A DNA stretch of 63,157 nucleotides from contig JAUWCJ010000003.1 of assembly GCA_030609365.1 (NCBI GenBank), positions 1 through 63,157 of the forward strand, in the 5' to 3' direction. This stretch comes from Candidatus Eiseniibacteriota bacterium. Its GTDB lineage: Bacteria > Joyebacterota > Joyebacteria > Joyebacterales > Joyebacteraceae. Positions 53,245-61,977 of this stretch are shown here, one piece after another. Within the stretch, counting starts at the first letter, position 1; the number at the start of each line of letters is the position of its first letter. The position numbers and the translations under genes are program-made. The notes beneath the pieces are model-generated. The model had not been told where the DNA came from. It was given only the letters and a program-made list of their open reading frames with translations, and did not search any database.

Positions 53245-54930
53245 TCAGATCCAGTCGATGGTCGTGTGGAACTCGAAGGGAAGACTCACCCGCAGCACCA
53301 CGTGCACGAACGTGTTGTGAACGGAGGTGTTGAACCCCGGGTGCCAGCTGCCGTCCACGATGGCCGCGGACGCCCCGAAGGGGAACGTCATCGTGGCCAC
53401 GGGACGTCCGTCGAGCGACAGCTCCACACTTCTGTCGCAGACGCGCGCGATCGCTTCCGGGTGGATATGGAAGAACCACTCCAGCAGGTGCTCGCCTTCA
53501 CCGGTTATACTATCGAGAATCTCAACGCTCCCGTCGGTCACACGCATCTTGCGATGGTGACGCGGCCTGCCCGGAAGGAATCGGTAGCCCGTGTGCTCCG
53601 CGTACGCCCAACCATCGCGTTCGCCCGCCTGTAACACGCGTGCGCGCCGGCCGCAGCGGTGCGACGCCCACAGTTCGCTCTGCTCTTCCTCGTCGATGCG
53701 CACCGTGTTGTGCGCGGCGGTCTGGCGCTGCCACAGGCGCTCGGGTCCAGGTTCGTAGGTCGACACGCCGGAGTTGACGAAGACCCTCCCGCCATCTCGA
53801 GACAGCTCGAAGCTGAGCGACTCGCTGTGAGCGTGCCCGGGCTGATAGGCAGGCTCCGGTGCGCCGGCATCGAACAGGACGACCGTGCGACCGTCGTCCG
53901 ACATGATCCGGAAGAAGTCGGTGTCCACGAGCCAGTGCATGCCCCTGAACTCCCTGCGCTCTGAAGTGAGCCCCAGCGTCTCGACGTAGTCGATGAGCGC
54001 ATCGAGCGTCGGCGCGGCACCGAACGTCGTGTCGTTGAAGAAGGCGGGGCCCCCGTCCGGATGGGTCATCGCGTCGAGCCATTCCAGCATCGCGAGAGCC
54101 CTGTCCTCCAGCCGAGGACGCGAATCACGCCACTTGCGCGGTACTCCCTCGGGGAAGACATCCCACAGGTTCAGCACATCCAGAAGCTGCTCGAGCACGA
54201 CCGCGTGGTACGTAGGAGTTCGCTCGTAGTGCCCACCGTCGTCGCGCACCTGCTCCCGAAACTCGCGGAAGAGAAGCGCGAACCCCCTGTCCGCCCACCG
54301 GTCTCCCTCCGCCCCACCGAAGAAGAGGCCACCTGCGGTCAGCGCCACGGCGTTCGCCATCAGGTGATTGGCGGCGATGTCGAACTCGATGCGGCGTTCA
54401 AGATAGCGAAGTTGGACGGCGAGGCTGTCGAGGATGCGGTCGGACGCGGCGCCTGGGCCCGACGACGCGGCTTTCGGCGCGCCGCCGCTCTCAAGCAGCA
54501 GCATCCACTTGATCCAGTTGACCACGCGGATGGAGATGGGATACGGATCCCACGTGTCCCGCGTGCCCGGCGGGTTGGCGTCGATCCAGGAGTCGACGAT
54601 CCCGGACATCCACTCGCGGCCGGGGTCCACCGCGCTCCGTGGAAGATCCGCGAAGTAGCTGAGTTCGTAGACCCAGAGTCGAGGCATGTCGGGAGGGGCC
54701 CAGTCGATCGCGCGGGGGAAGTCCTTTTCGAGGTTGAGAAGACCCACGCGGTCCGGCGCCGACCAGCGGTCCCTGCGGGCGATCGGCCGGTGAAGGAACC
54801 CGGAAGCCGCGCGCCTGTCGGGAGGCGGCCCCGTGCGGATGCGAGGCCGTACGACGCGCCGCACCACGCGCGTCCATATCTGGCGCGGCTTGAGGTAACG
54901 GAGAGTGCGCACGTAGAGCCCCATGTTCAT
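53245..54930 (-). CDS. Heparinase II/III-like (alginate-lyase-fold) protein of polysaccharide-biosynthesis clusters.
   Basis: The N-terminus is YVRTLRYLKPRQIWTRVVRR. It also has ..WDPYPISIRVVNWIKW.., ..NHLMANAVAL.. and a C-terminal HAHSESLSFEL.. block. Confidence 0.65.
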   Translation of the reverse strand: MNMGLYVRTLRYLKPRQIWTRVVRRVVRPRIRTGPPPDRRAASGFLHRPIARRDRWSAPDRVGLLNLEKDFPRAIDWAPPDMPRLWVYELSYFADLPRSAVDPGREWMSGIVDSWIDANPPGTRDTWDPYPISIRVVNWIKWMLLLESGGAPKAASSGPGAASDRILDSLAVQLRYLERRIEFDIAANHLMANAVALTAGGLFFGGAEGDRWADRGFALLFREFREQVRDDGGHYERTPTYHAVVLEQLLDVLNLWDVFPEGVPRKWRDSRPRLEDRALAMLEWLDAMTHPDGGPAFFNDTTFGAAPTLDALIDYVETLGLTSERREFRGMHWLVDTDFFRIMSDDGRTVVLFDAGAPEPAYQPGHAHSESLSFELSRDGGRVFVNSGVSTYEPGPERLWQRQTAAHNTVRIDEEEQSELWASHRCGRRARVLQAGERDGWAYAEHTGYRFLPGRPRHHRKMRVTDGSVEILDSITGEGEHLLEWFFHIHPEAIARVCDRSVELSLDGRPVATMTFPFGASAAIVDGSWHPGFNTSVHNTFVHVVLRVSLPFEFHTTIDWI

Positions 54931-54994
54931 CGCAACTCTGCTCCCCTTGCCCGGCCGGGCCTCAGTCGCCGAATCCCAAGCCGGACCGCCCTGG

Positions 54995-55900
54995 TCAACG
55001 CAGCTTGCACGCGTTGACGATCATTTTGTTCCGGACCCTGACGACCGGACGCACGAGCCGGACGAGCGGAGTCAGCACCTTCACGATCGCGTCGCTCGAC
55101 ACAGCTCTGCGCAGGTACGACTCTAGCGGGAAACTCAGTTCGGCAACGTTACGAATGCTCCGAATGGTCAGGCCAGCCGCTTCGATCACACTCCGTATGT
55201 CACCGTGGCTGAGTATTTGCTTGTGAGCGAAGTCCGCGCCCGAATAGAGCGAACTCAGCAGAACATGTCGCCGTCCCCAAGTCGCGCGGTACTCCGCCAC
55301 ACCGAGCTGGTGAAACAGGCTCTCTCGACAGGGGGTATCCATCAGGAGGAACCCACCGGGCCGAAGTAGCCTGGAGATAGCTCCGATCGTCTCGACGGGG
55401 AAATTCACGTGCTCGATGACATCCCACAACGTGACGGCATCAAACTCCTCTCTGTGGTGTAGCTGCCAGAAATCGTGCTCGACAGGGTAGTTATCGACGG
55501 ACACCCCCAGTCTGGACCTGGCGTACGCGACCCTGAAGTCACTGAGTTCGATGCCCCGCGAATTCGCTCCTGCGGAGGCGAGAAGCGAGAGGAACTTCCC
55601 TCCACCGCAGCCGACATCCAGGACCCTGGCACCTTCCAGCTGAAGAACGGAGTTCAGTTCGGAGACATGTGCGTCGAATCTGTCGACGTTCGCATGCAGG
55701 CCGTTCTCGATGTACTCCACGACTTCTTCGGTCAGAATCGACGAATCCACGGGACGGCCTGCGGTTTCTGCGGAGTCCAGGTGGTCGGTGTAGTGGAACC
55801 TGCACTCGGCGCAGACGTAGATACTGCAGTCGGCCAAGAAGTACGTGACGCGCCCGGACGGGCGGCCGCAGAGCTTGCATACGTTGAAATCGTAGTCCAC
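54995..55900 (-). CDS. Class I SAM-dependent methyltransferase with an N-terminal Cys4 zinc ribbon.
   Basis: CKLCGRPS...CAECRFHY, then the SAM motif I RVLDVGCGGGKFL and DAVTLWDVIEHV. Confidence 0.8.
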   Translation of the reverse strand: MDYDFNVCKLCGRPSGRVTYFLADCSIYVCAECRFHYTDHLDSAETAGRPVDSSILTEEVVEYIENGLHANVDRFDAHVSELNSVLQLEGARVLDVGCGGGKFLSLLASAGANSRGIELSDFRVAYARSRLGVSVDNYPVEHDFWQLHHREEFDAVTLWDVIEHVNFPVETIGAISRLLRPGGFLLMDTPCRESLFHQLGVAEYRATWGRRHVLLSSLYSGADFAHKQILSHGDIRSVIEAAGLTIRSIRNVAELSFPLESYLRRAVSSDAIVKVLTPLVRLVRPVVRVRNKMIVNACKLR

Positions 55901-56067
55901 CTTTGGACTCCCTTGACGCGGGCGGGCACTCCGAGTCGGTCAGTCTCCTCCCGCCGCTGCGTCCGGGCAGTAGGCCACGAACCCCGCGCGGCCCAAGCGG
56001 AGGAGTCGCCGTGCCGTAGAATGGTGGACGGTGCGGCAGTAGCGTCCGGTTTCTGTCCAGAGGCTCA

Positions 56068-58227
56068 CTACTCCTCCGTCTCTCCGCGCAGCTTGTCTGC
56101 CAGGTCGATCGTGACCTTGGAGACCTCCATCAGTTCTTCGAACGCTATGGGCGCGGGGCCGCCGGCTCGCACCGACTCGACGAACGCGGCCGCGCAGTCC
56201 CGCTGCCCCTTGTCCTGGCGCCGCAGGTTCATCGATCGGAAGCCCGGACAACCATAACCCGTGAGCCTCCTGAAGTTGTCCAGAACGAGAACTGCCCCGC
56301 CGCAGAACACTTCCAACCTCTCCTTGGGGAACGATCTGCTGCCGTTGGACAGGTAGTGAATGGTCCCTATCGAGCCGTCTTCGAATCCCAAGGTGAGTGA
56401 CGCACTGTCGCGGGTGTTACAAGCTCCGCCGGCGCCCCCCAGGCCACTCGCGTGGACGGACGAGATCCTGGCCCCCGCCAGGAACCTCAACAGGTCGACG
56501 AAGTGGCAACCCTCACCGACGATGCGCCCCCCGCCGATCTTCGGATCCTGCGTCCAGTGATCGGGAGGAATGGCCCCCGCGTTCACAGTCATTACGAATG
56601 ATCTGGGGCCCGGGAGTTTGGTGAGGATGTCCGCGATCTTCCTGACGTGAGGCGCGAAGCGCCTGTTGAAGCCGACCATGAGGAGCGGCCGGGACTCCAG
56701 ACCGAGGTAGACGGATTCGATCTCATCCAGCTCCTCGCGCGTAATCGCCAGCGGCTTCTCGACGAAGACATGCTTGCCGGCTTCGAGCGCCTCGCAGACC
56801 AGGGCGGCGTGGCTGTCGTGTCGCGTCGCCACGACCAGGGTGTCGACCCGCCCGTCGTTGATGAGAGATGATGTGTCGGTCGTGGCGTCGTCGAATCCGA
56901 ATTTCTTCGCCGCGTGCACGGCGCTCGCGCCGCCCCTGGACGCGACGGACACGAGTTCGGCGCCGGCTGACTTGAAGGCCGGGATGAGTACGCCGGTGGC
57001 GTAATTACCCGAACCGACGAAGCCCACCGCGCCGCGCCCCGCGGGAGGCCGTGCCGAATCCCCGCGTTCTCCAATGCGGACGGTGCGTTCCAGCACCGCC
57101 TCGTTCGATGACTCATCGACGGAGGCGTACTCCAGGATGATTCCGAGCGACGGCTCCCCCGATCCAAGCAGGCCGTAGGCGTCGAGCGCACGGACGACGG
57201 GGAATCGGTGCGACACGAGAGACTCTGTCTCCAGACGCCCGGAGGCCAGCATGTCGAGAACAGCCTCGAAGTTCCTGCGCTCGGTCCACCGAACGAATCC
57301 GAAGGGGTAGTCCTGCCCGCTCTCCTCGTAGTGAGGGTCGTAGCGTCCCGGGCCGTAGGAACACGACACCTGGAAAGTCAGTTCCTTCTCGTAGAAATCC
57401 GAACGCCGGAGCTCAAGCCCTGCCACGCCGACCAGCACTATCCGCCCTCTCTTCCGGCACATCTCGGCGGCCTGATGCATGGGCTCGCTGCTCTTGGTGG
57501 AGGCGGTGAAGAGCACACCGTCAACACCGCGACCTCCGGAGAAAGACATCGCGTGCGCCACCGGATCTCCTCCGTCCGATATGTCGACTACGTCCGCGCC
57601 GAGCGTCCGGGCGAGCTTGATCCGCGCGGGATCGGTGTCTATGCCGAGCACTCGGCACCCGCTGCCCCGCAGAAGCTGCACGGTCATAAGACCCACAAGG
57701 CCCAGGCCCACAACGGCGAACGACTCACCCAGCGTCGGTTCCGCCAGCCGAATGCCCTGCAGGGCGATCGCACCCACCACGGTGAAGGCGGCCGCTTCAT
57801 CAGAGACGCCGTCGGGCACTCGCGCGCACAGGTTCTCGGGAATGCACACGATCTCCGCGTGCGGTCCGTTGGACGCGACCCTGTCGCCGACGTCGATCGA
57901 GGTCACCCCTTCACCGACGGCCAGCACCACACCGGCGTTGCTGTAGCCCAGCGGTATCGGCTGATCCAGCTTGTTCCTGACGGTCGACAGCGTCGCGGAG
58001 AGTCCGTCCGTTCTTATCTTGTCCAGAACCTGTCGCACCTTCTCCGGCTGGCTTCTGGCCTTGTCCAACAGGTTGGCCTTGCCGAACTCGAGCAGCATTC
58101 GCTCTGTGCCGGCTGAGATCAAGCTGTGGCCGGTGCGAATCAGCACGCGACCCGGACCCGCCTGCGGACTGGGAACATCGGCAAGCTGTGTCTCTCCGGT
58201 CCCCAGATTCTGTAGTATCTGTCTCAT
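56068..58227 (-). CDS. Bi-domain oxidoreductase: N-terminal Zn-dependent MDR dehydrogenase fused to a Gfo/Idh/MocA oxidoreductase.
   Basis: ORF trimmed to MRQILQNLGTGE (the start at 58227 overlaps the upstream stop, ATGA). The MDR half has FAVVGLGLVGL. The Gfo/Idh/MocA half has VGFVGSGNYATGVLIPAF..VFVEKPLA. Confidence 0.8.
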   Translation of the reverse strand: MRQILQNLGTGETQLADVPSPQAGPGRVLIRTGHSLISAGTERMLLEFGKANLLDKARSQPEKVRQVLDKIRTDGLSATLSTVRNKLDQPIPLGYSNAGVVLAVGEGVTSIDVGDRVASNGPHAEIVCIPENLCARVPDGVSDEAAAFTVVGAIALQGIRLAEPTLGESFAVVGLGLVGLMTVQLLRGSGCRVLGIDTDPARIKLARTLGADVVDISDGGDPVAHAMSFSGGRGVDGVLFTASTKSSEPMHQAAEMCRKRGRIVLVGVAGLELRRSDFYEKELTFQVSCSYGPGRYDPHYEESGQDYPFGFVRWTERRNFEAVLDMLASGRLETESLVSHRFPVVRALDAYGLLGSGEPSLGIILEYASVDESSNEAVLERTVRIGERGDSARPPAGRGAVGFVGSGNYATGVLIPAFKSAGAELVSVASRGGASAVHAAKKFGFDDATTDTSSLINDGRVDTLVVATRHDSHAALVCEALEAGKHVFVEKPLAITREELDEIESVYLGLESRPLLMVGFNRRFAPHVRKIADILTKLPGPRSFVMTVNAGAIPPDHWTQDPKIGGGRIVGEGCHFVDLLRFLAGARISSVHASGLGGAGGACNTRDSASLTLGFEDGSIGTIHYLSNGSRSFPKERLEVFCGGAVLVLDNFRRLTGYGCPGFRSMNLRRQDKGQRDCAAAFVESVRAGGPAPIAFEELMEVSKVTIDLADKLRGETEE

Positions 58228-59333
58228 CTCTGTGCTCTCCGGACTCGTGTGTCTGTGTCGGATCTCGATACGGGAGATCCCGCGATCTCGCGACAGTACT
58301 CGAGGAAACGATCTGCCCATAACTCGGAATCGAACTCGCGACGGCGTTCCCGCACGCCCGCACGCAGCCGGCGGAACAGGACCGGGTCCTCGCGAAGTCG
58401 CCTCATAGCGGCGTAGAGCGAATCAGCGCTTCGGGGCTCTACAAGAATGCCCGTCGACTCGTCCACCATCTCGGGCAACTGTCTCCAGTTCGTACAGATG
58501 ACGGGCAGACCCGCGCTGTACGCCTCAGGAATGACGCCCGGATATCCCTCGGTCGGGAGGTAGGTCGGAAGGAGCAGGACATCGTAACCAGAGAGCACGG
58601 AGCGGACGTCGTCCGGGTCCACCGAGCCACGGTACGCGACGTGATCGAGCCTGTCAAAGATCGAAACAGGGACATCGTATCCGGACGTCCCGTAGACGTC
58701 GACCACGACGTCACCCCCGAATCGTTCGCCGGCCTCAATCACCTCGGCCAGCCCCTTGCCCTTGCGCAACTGCCCCAGGCACACGAACCTCCGACACTCG
58801 CGATCCACGGAGTCGTCCTCGGGCAACTCCGGCATCGGACGGCTGTTCGAATACCACCTGACGTGCTCGATGCCGTCGTGCCTGGCGCCCTCGACAAGTG
58901 CCTTCGTCTCAACCAGATAGAGATTGGCGTTCTTCACGCTCCAGTGGATGAGCGCTCTGAGCGGAGCCGGATAGACGCTGTAGTCGGTGCCGCCAAACTT
59001 GCGAATCAGATACGGCCTCCAGAACAACCTTGAGAGAACCGAAACGAACGGAGCCAGTGAATGCAGCCCCCATCTTACAGCGTGCAGCGAAACGACATCG
59101 TTTCTGGGGATCTCACGCGCGATCGCCGCGAGAACGCGCAGATAGCGCAGCGGCGCGCGCACGCCGTCGCCTCTGATCCCCTGGGTGTTGACCACGGACA
59201 CCTCCACGCCGTCCCGCCCCACAAGCGATGCGACGAGGAGCTTGAACGGTATGGTCGTGCCTCCGACGGCCGGTCCGTGCAGGCTCTTCGGGTGCGGTCC
59301 TATGAGGAGTACTCGCAACCGCTTCTCAGTCAA
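58224..59333 (-). CDS. Glycosyltransferase family 4 (GT-B fold).
   Basis: LRVLLIGPHP.. and the C-terminal EGYPGVIPEAYSAGLPVICTN (EX7E-like). The start is uncertain: the TTG at 59333 overlaps the upstream stop by 8 nt, and an alternative TTG is at 59318. Confidence 0.75.
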   Translation of the reverse strand: MTEKRLRVLLIGPHPKSLHGPAVGGTTIPFKLLVASLVGRDGVEVSVVNTQGIRGDGVRAPLRYLRVLAAIAREIPRNDVVSLHAVRWGLHSLAPFVSVLSRLFWRPYLIRKFGGTDYSVYPAPLRALIHWSVKNANLYLVETKALVEGARHDGIEHVRWYSNSRPMPELPEDDSVDRECRRFVCLGQLRKGKGLAEVIEAGERFGGDVVVDVYGTSGYDVPVSIFDRLDHVAYRGSVDPDDVRSVLSGYDVLLLPTYLPTEGYPGVIPEAYSAGLPVICTNWRQLPEMVDESTGILVEPRSADSLYAAMRRLREDPVLFRRLRAGVRERRREFDSELWADRFLEYCREIAGSPVSRSDTDTRVRRAQR

Positions 59334-61815
59334 GGTCCCTCCGGTCGGCAGAGATCTCCCGCGAATCAAGGACACGACGATACACTGACAGCGTGCGCTC
59401 CGCCAGACGCTCGGCCGAGTACTTGTCCAGAACAAAAGCGGATCCGGCCTTCCCCATCTCGGCCCTGCGCGACGCGGGCAACGACAGCAGCTCCGCTATC
59501 GCCGCGGAAAGCGACTTCGCGTCCCCCGGAGGCACTACCCACCCACTCTCACCGGGGCGAACGATCTCGGAGATGTCACCGACGTCGGTGGCGACCACGG
59601 GCGTGCCGTGCGCCAGCGCTTCCAGCACGACGTTGGGAAACCCTTCCCAGCGCGAGCACAGGAGGATGCCGTCCACGCCCAGGTAGACGCTCCGCGTGTC
59701 GCGCGTCTCTCCGAGAAACACCACTCGACCGGCCAGAACAGAGCCTGCCAGCCTCAACTCGACCGACGATGCCAGCTTCGTGTCGATGCGCAAACCGATC
59801 CACACGATCCTGAGCTTCCGCAGTATCTCTTCAGGAAGCCGCTCGAGCGCGTCGACCAGAAGATCGGGCGCCTTCTCATACCCAACCCTACCGATGACAC
59901 CGAGTAGATGATCGGCGTCACCGACCTGTCTCGCCCGGAAGCCCCGCCCCGCGGCGCGCTCGTCGTCGGTCGGATCCCGGAAGTCGACGCCGTTCGGGAC
60001 GACGTGTATCCGCCCGGTCCATGAGGGCACCAGCCGCTCGACCTCGCGTGCGACCGCCTGCGCGTTCGCGATCATCGCAACAGCACGCCCGCTCAGGAGC
60101 CGCTCCAGCATCAGCCGCCATCGCGAGTGACCGAGGTCAACGCTGCGCTCGGAGACCACGACGCGAGTTCCTCGGGAGAACGGGGCCGCGAGACGTGCGA
60201 GCGTGCCTGGAGTCTTGAGATAGCTGTGGACAATGTCGTATCTACCGCGCGCCAAGAGGCGCGCGAGCCCGATGAAAACGCGCGGGTCGCGCCCCCCCGA
60301 GCCCTTAAGAAGATGGACCGGCACACCTGCATCGTCCAGCTCCGGGCGGAAGTGATACAGTGGATGGTACACTGCGACCTCGGGTGTGACCAGCGTCCGG
60401 TCCAGCGACTTCACCAGCGTGACCAGCTGCCTCTGGGCGCCCCCGGAGCCGAGCGAGTCTATCAGATAGAGTACGCGAAGCGGCGTCACTGGCGCTCCTC
60501 GACCTTGTTCACAACACATATGCTTGCCCGTCGGTGTCGGGTCTGTGCGGGTCCGCTCGAGCCACCCAGCACTCATGATCAGAAGCATGGTGGAGAGCTT
60601 GGAGGTGTACGAGACGGCAGCAATGTCAAGAAGCAACAGTGTCGGCACAGCGATCACGATGAATCGCCACACGAAGTCATCAGTTCGCCTCAGGCGTGCC
60701 GCTGCTCTCAGAATGGAGACGTGGAAGCCGTAGTAGAGCACAACACCCACAAGACCAAGCGCGACCCCCAGCTCAATCATGTTGTTGTGCGCGTAGGTCC
60801 CCTCGCTGGAGAGCCATCGGAAGGTGTCCAGTCCCCGTCCGAAGAGGGGAGCGTCCGCTATGAGACCCAGCCCCTTCTTGATAAACCTGGCCCGCTCAAC
60901 GGTACTCTGATTGACGCCGACGGACATCCCGATGGTCGCTATCTCGAACCTGTAGAGCGCATGCTCCCAGACCAGCCTCAGCGGCTCTACAAAGGCCACC
61001 AGTGCGGCTCCGACGCCCGCAGCGACACCTACGAAGGTGACGGAACGAATACGGCTGGCACTGAAGGCCACGCCCAGGCCACATACGAGCGACAGCCCCA
61101 GCATGCCCTTCAACGACGAAGAGGCCACGATCCCGACCAGCAGAACAAGGGCCGCGACGTACGAACCGATGCTTGCCACCACGCGTCGTCGTCTTGCCGC
61201 GACGGAGATGAAGGCCGCCAGCCCGATCACGCAGATTATCCCAAGCGTGTTGGGGTTCGCGTACAAACCCGCCAACCTCTCGACAACGGTAGGATCCTCG
61301 GTCGTCAGGGCGTGGACAGCCGCGATCACGGCACACCCGAACAGGCAGTTCAGGATCCACCTCGACAATCCGAGGTTCCTCGCCGCGTCGTAGAACACGA
61401 GACCGACGACCTGTATCTCGACGAGCGTAACCGCACGAACGGCGCTCAGGGGGCCCCTCGTGGTCCACAGCAGCGAGAGGATCGCCCACACGACGAAGGC
61501 CCATCGCCAGAGGACCTTGCCCGATGTCAGGTAGTCGAGAAACGCCCCGACCAGCTCCTCGCCCCGAGCCAGCAGATAGACGACGAGGCTCACGCTGATG
61601 AGCGCATAGAAGGCGATCTGCGTCTCCGTAATGTACCCCAGGAGAACGACACTCGCCACCATCCCGAGCAGGGAACCCTTCAGAGCAACCCTGAGACACC
61701 AGGGCAGCGACGCAAACTCGTGCTGGACAGCCGTCGACGTCAACCACGCGTCCGCCAGAGCAGCGCACCGACTTCTCAGAAGGTGGACCAACCGCTCGAG
61801 GGTCCCGCGTCTCAC
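59326..61815 (-). CDS. Fusion protein: O-antigen polymerase/ligase-like (Wzy_C) polytopic domain plus a C-terminal GT4 glycosyltransferase.
   Basis: The N-terminal ~430 aa are polytopic and carry YAHNNMIELGVALGLVGVVLYYGF (Wzy_C-type). The rest is a GT4 domain: LRVLYLIDSLGSGGAQRQL.. and WEGFPNVVLEALAHGTPVVATDVGD. Confidence 0.7.
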   Translation of the reverse strand: MRRGTLERLVHLLRSRCAALADAWLTSTAVQHEFASLPWCLRVALKGSLLGMVASVVLLGYITETQIAFYALISVSLVVYLLARGEELVGAFLDYLTSGKVLWRWAFVVWAILSLLWTTRGPLSAVRAVTLVEIQVVGLVFYDAARNLGLSRWILNCLFGCAVIAAVHALTTEDPTVVERLAGLYANPNTLGIICVIGLAAFISVAARRRRVVASIGSYVAALVLLVGIVASSSLKGMLGLSLVCGLGVAFSASRIRSVTFVGVAAGVGAALVAFVEPLRLVWEHALYRFEIATIGMSVGVNQSTVERARFIKKGLGLIADAPLFGRGLDTFRWLSSEGTYAHNNMIELGVALGLVGVVLYYGFHVSILRAAARLRRTDDFVWRFIVIAVPTLLLLDIAAVSYTSKLSTMLLIMSAGWLERTRTDPTPTGKHMCCEQGRGAPVTPLRVLYLIDSLGSGGAQRQLVTLVKSLDRTLVTPEVAVYHPLYHFRPELDDAGVPVHLLKGSGGRDPRVFIGLARLLARGRYDIVHSYLKTPGTLARLAAPFSRGTRVVVSERSVDLGHSRWRLMLERLLSGRAVAMIANAQAVAREVERLVPSWTGRIHVVPNGVDFRDPTDDERAAGRGFRARQVGDADHLLGVIGRVGYEKAPDLLVDALERLPEEILRKLRIVWIGLRIDTKLASSVELRLAGSVLAGRVVFLGETRDTRSVYLGVDGILLCSRWEGFPNVVLEALAHGTPVVATDVGDISEIVRPGESGWVVPPGDAKSLSAAIAELLSLPASRRAEMGKAGSAFVLDKYSAERLAERTLSVYRRVLDSREISADRRDLD

Positions 61816-61977
61816 GTCGTCCTCCGTTCGAGCATCTCCAGCAGACCCTCTACTCTCAGGTTGCGGCGGGCGTTCTCGCAGACTGTGCCCTCTTCCGATC
61901 CACCCAACGACGCCTCCCTCGCCCGAGCTGCGTCAGCCCGGTGCGCTCCTCTCGCCCTGAGATACCGGCGCGACCTT

